Source: Octopus sinensis (Eukaryota). From it: a stretch of DNA of 24,572 bases. The stretch is from assembly GCF_006345805.1 (NCBI RefSeq), contig NW_021836366.1:1-24572 (forward strand), given 5' to 3'. The notes below the pieces were generated by a model. That model did no database searches and was not told the DNA's origin. It worked only from the letters and a program-made list of their open reading frames with translations. The translations under genes were made by a program, and so were the position numbers. Below, one piece after another: positions 23,849 to 24,572 of this stretch. The first letter of the stretch is position 1. Each line of letters opens with the position of its first letter.

Positions 23849-24218
23849 GGATGAGTGGTGGTTGATAGAAAGAGGGAAAAGAGACAGAGTGAGAGTGAGT
23901 TGTGATTGATAGAGAGAGGAGAAGAAAGAAAGAGTAAGAGAGAGAGAGAGAGACAGTGACAGGAGGATGAGTAGTGGTTGATAGAAGGAGGGAAAAGAGA
24001 CAGAGTGAGAGTGAGTTGTGATTGATAGAGAGAGGAAAATAAAGAAAGAGTAAGAGAGAGAGAGAGAGAGACAGTGACAGGAGGATGCGTAGTGGTTGAT
24101 AGAAAGAGGGAAAAGAGACAGAGTGAGAGTGAGTTGTGAATGATAGAGAGAGGAAAAGAAAGAAAGAGTAAGAGAGAGAGAGACAGTGACAGGAGGATGA
24201 GTAGTGGTTGATAGAGAG
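23849..24218 (+). repeat. Purine-rich tandem repeat of about 115 bp, 3 copies plus a partial copy, upstream of tomosyn
   Basis: GGATG(A/C)GT(A/G)GTGGTTGATAGA... at 23849, 23965, 24083 and 24195. Confidence 0.9.
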
Positions 24219-24572
24219 AGTGGGGGTATGAGAAAAGAGTAAGAGCGAGAAAAGAGGAGATAGAGAGGTAAAAAAGAATAATAGAGAAAGAATAAGAAGA
24301 AATTAAAAAAAAAGTGCGGAATATTGCTGGGGAATTAATACTAGAGAAGTAGGTGAGAGAAAGAGAGAGTAAAAAGCAGAAGTAGAGTGGAACTGCCAGA
24401 GAATAAATGAGGGAAAGTGAAAGAGAGAGAAAGTGAAACAGCAGTTAAAGAGAGGAGAGGAATAGCGCTGTTAGGGAGGGGTTGATAGAGAACGAAGTGT
24501 GAGAGATAAAAAGAATAAGAGAGGGAGTAGTGCTGTATAAATGGATATTAGAGAGAGAGAGTTGTATTGGTG

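Overview
AT-rich, microsatellite-dense animal genomic DNA. The SINE families and the (TA)n/(CA)n load suggest a coleoid cephalopod, most likely Octopus; this is inference from recalled repeat families. The only supportable protein-coding gene is tomosyn (syntaxin-binding protein 5 family) on the minus strand. Coding exon 1 is 23368-23228 and exon 2 is 16457-16360. Intron 1 is a 6.8 kb GT-AG intron. Intron 2 starts with a U12-type (minor spliceosome) donor GTATCCTT and appears to run more than 16 kb off the left edge, since I could not find exon 3. The introns hold tRNA-derived SINEs, a Helentron-like insertion, a SINE-derived higher-order tandem array, minisatellites and long fold-back palindromes in (TA)n tracts. 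The most notable hidden signal is a set of type I hammerhead ribozyme motifs. Two intact copies lie back-to-back in a 339 bp palindrome (11587-11629 minus, 11687-11729 plus), one near-complete copy lies at 22731-22781 plus, and several degenerate or half copies are scattered nearby. They resemble Penelope-like/retrozyme termini. Apart from the one containing tomosyn exon 1, the listed six-frame ORFs appear to be repeat or chance artefacts.
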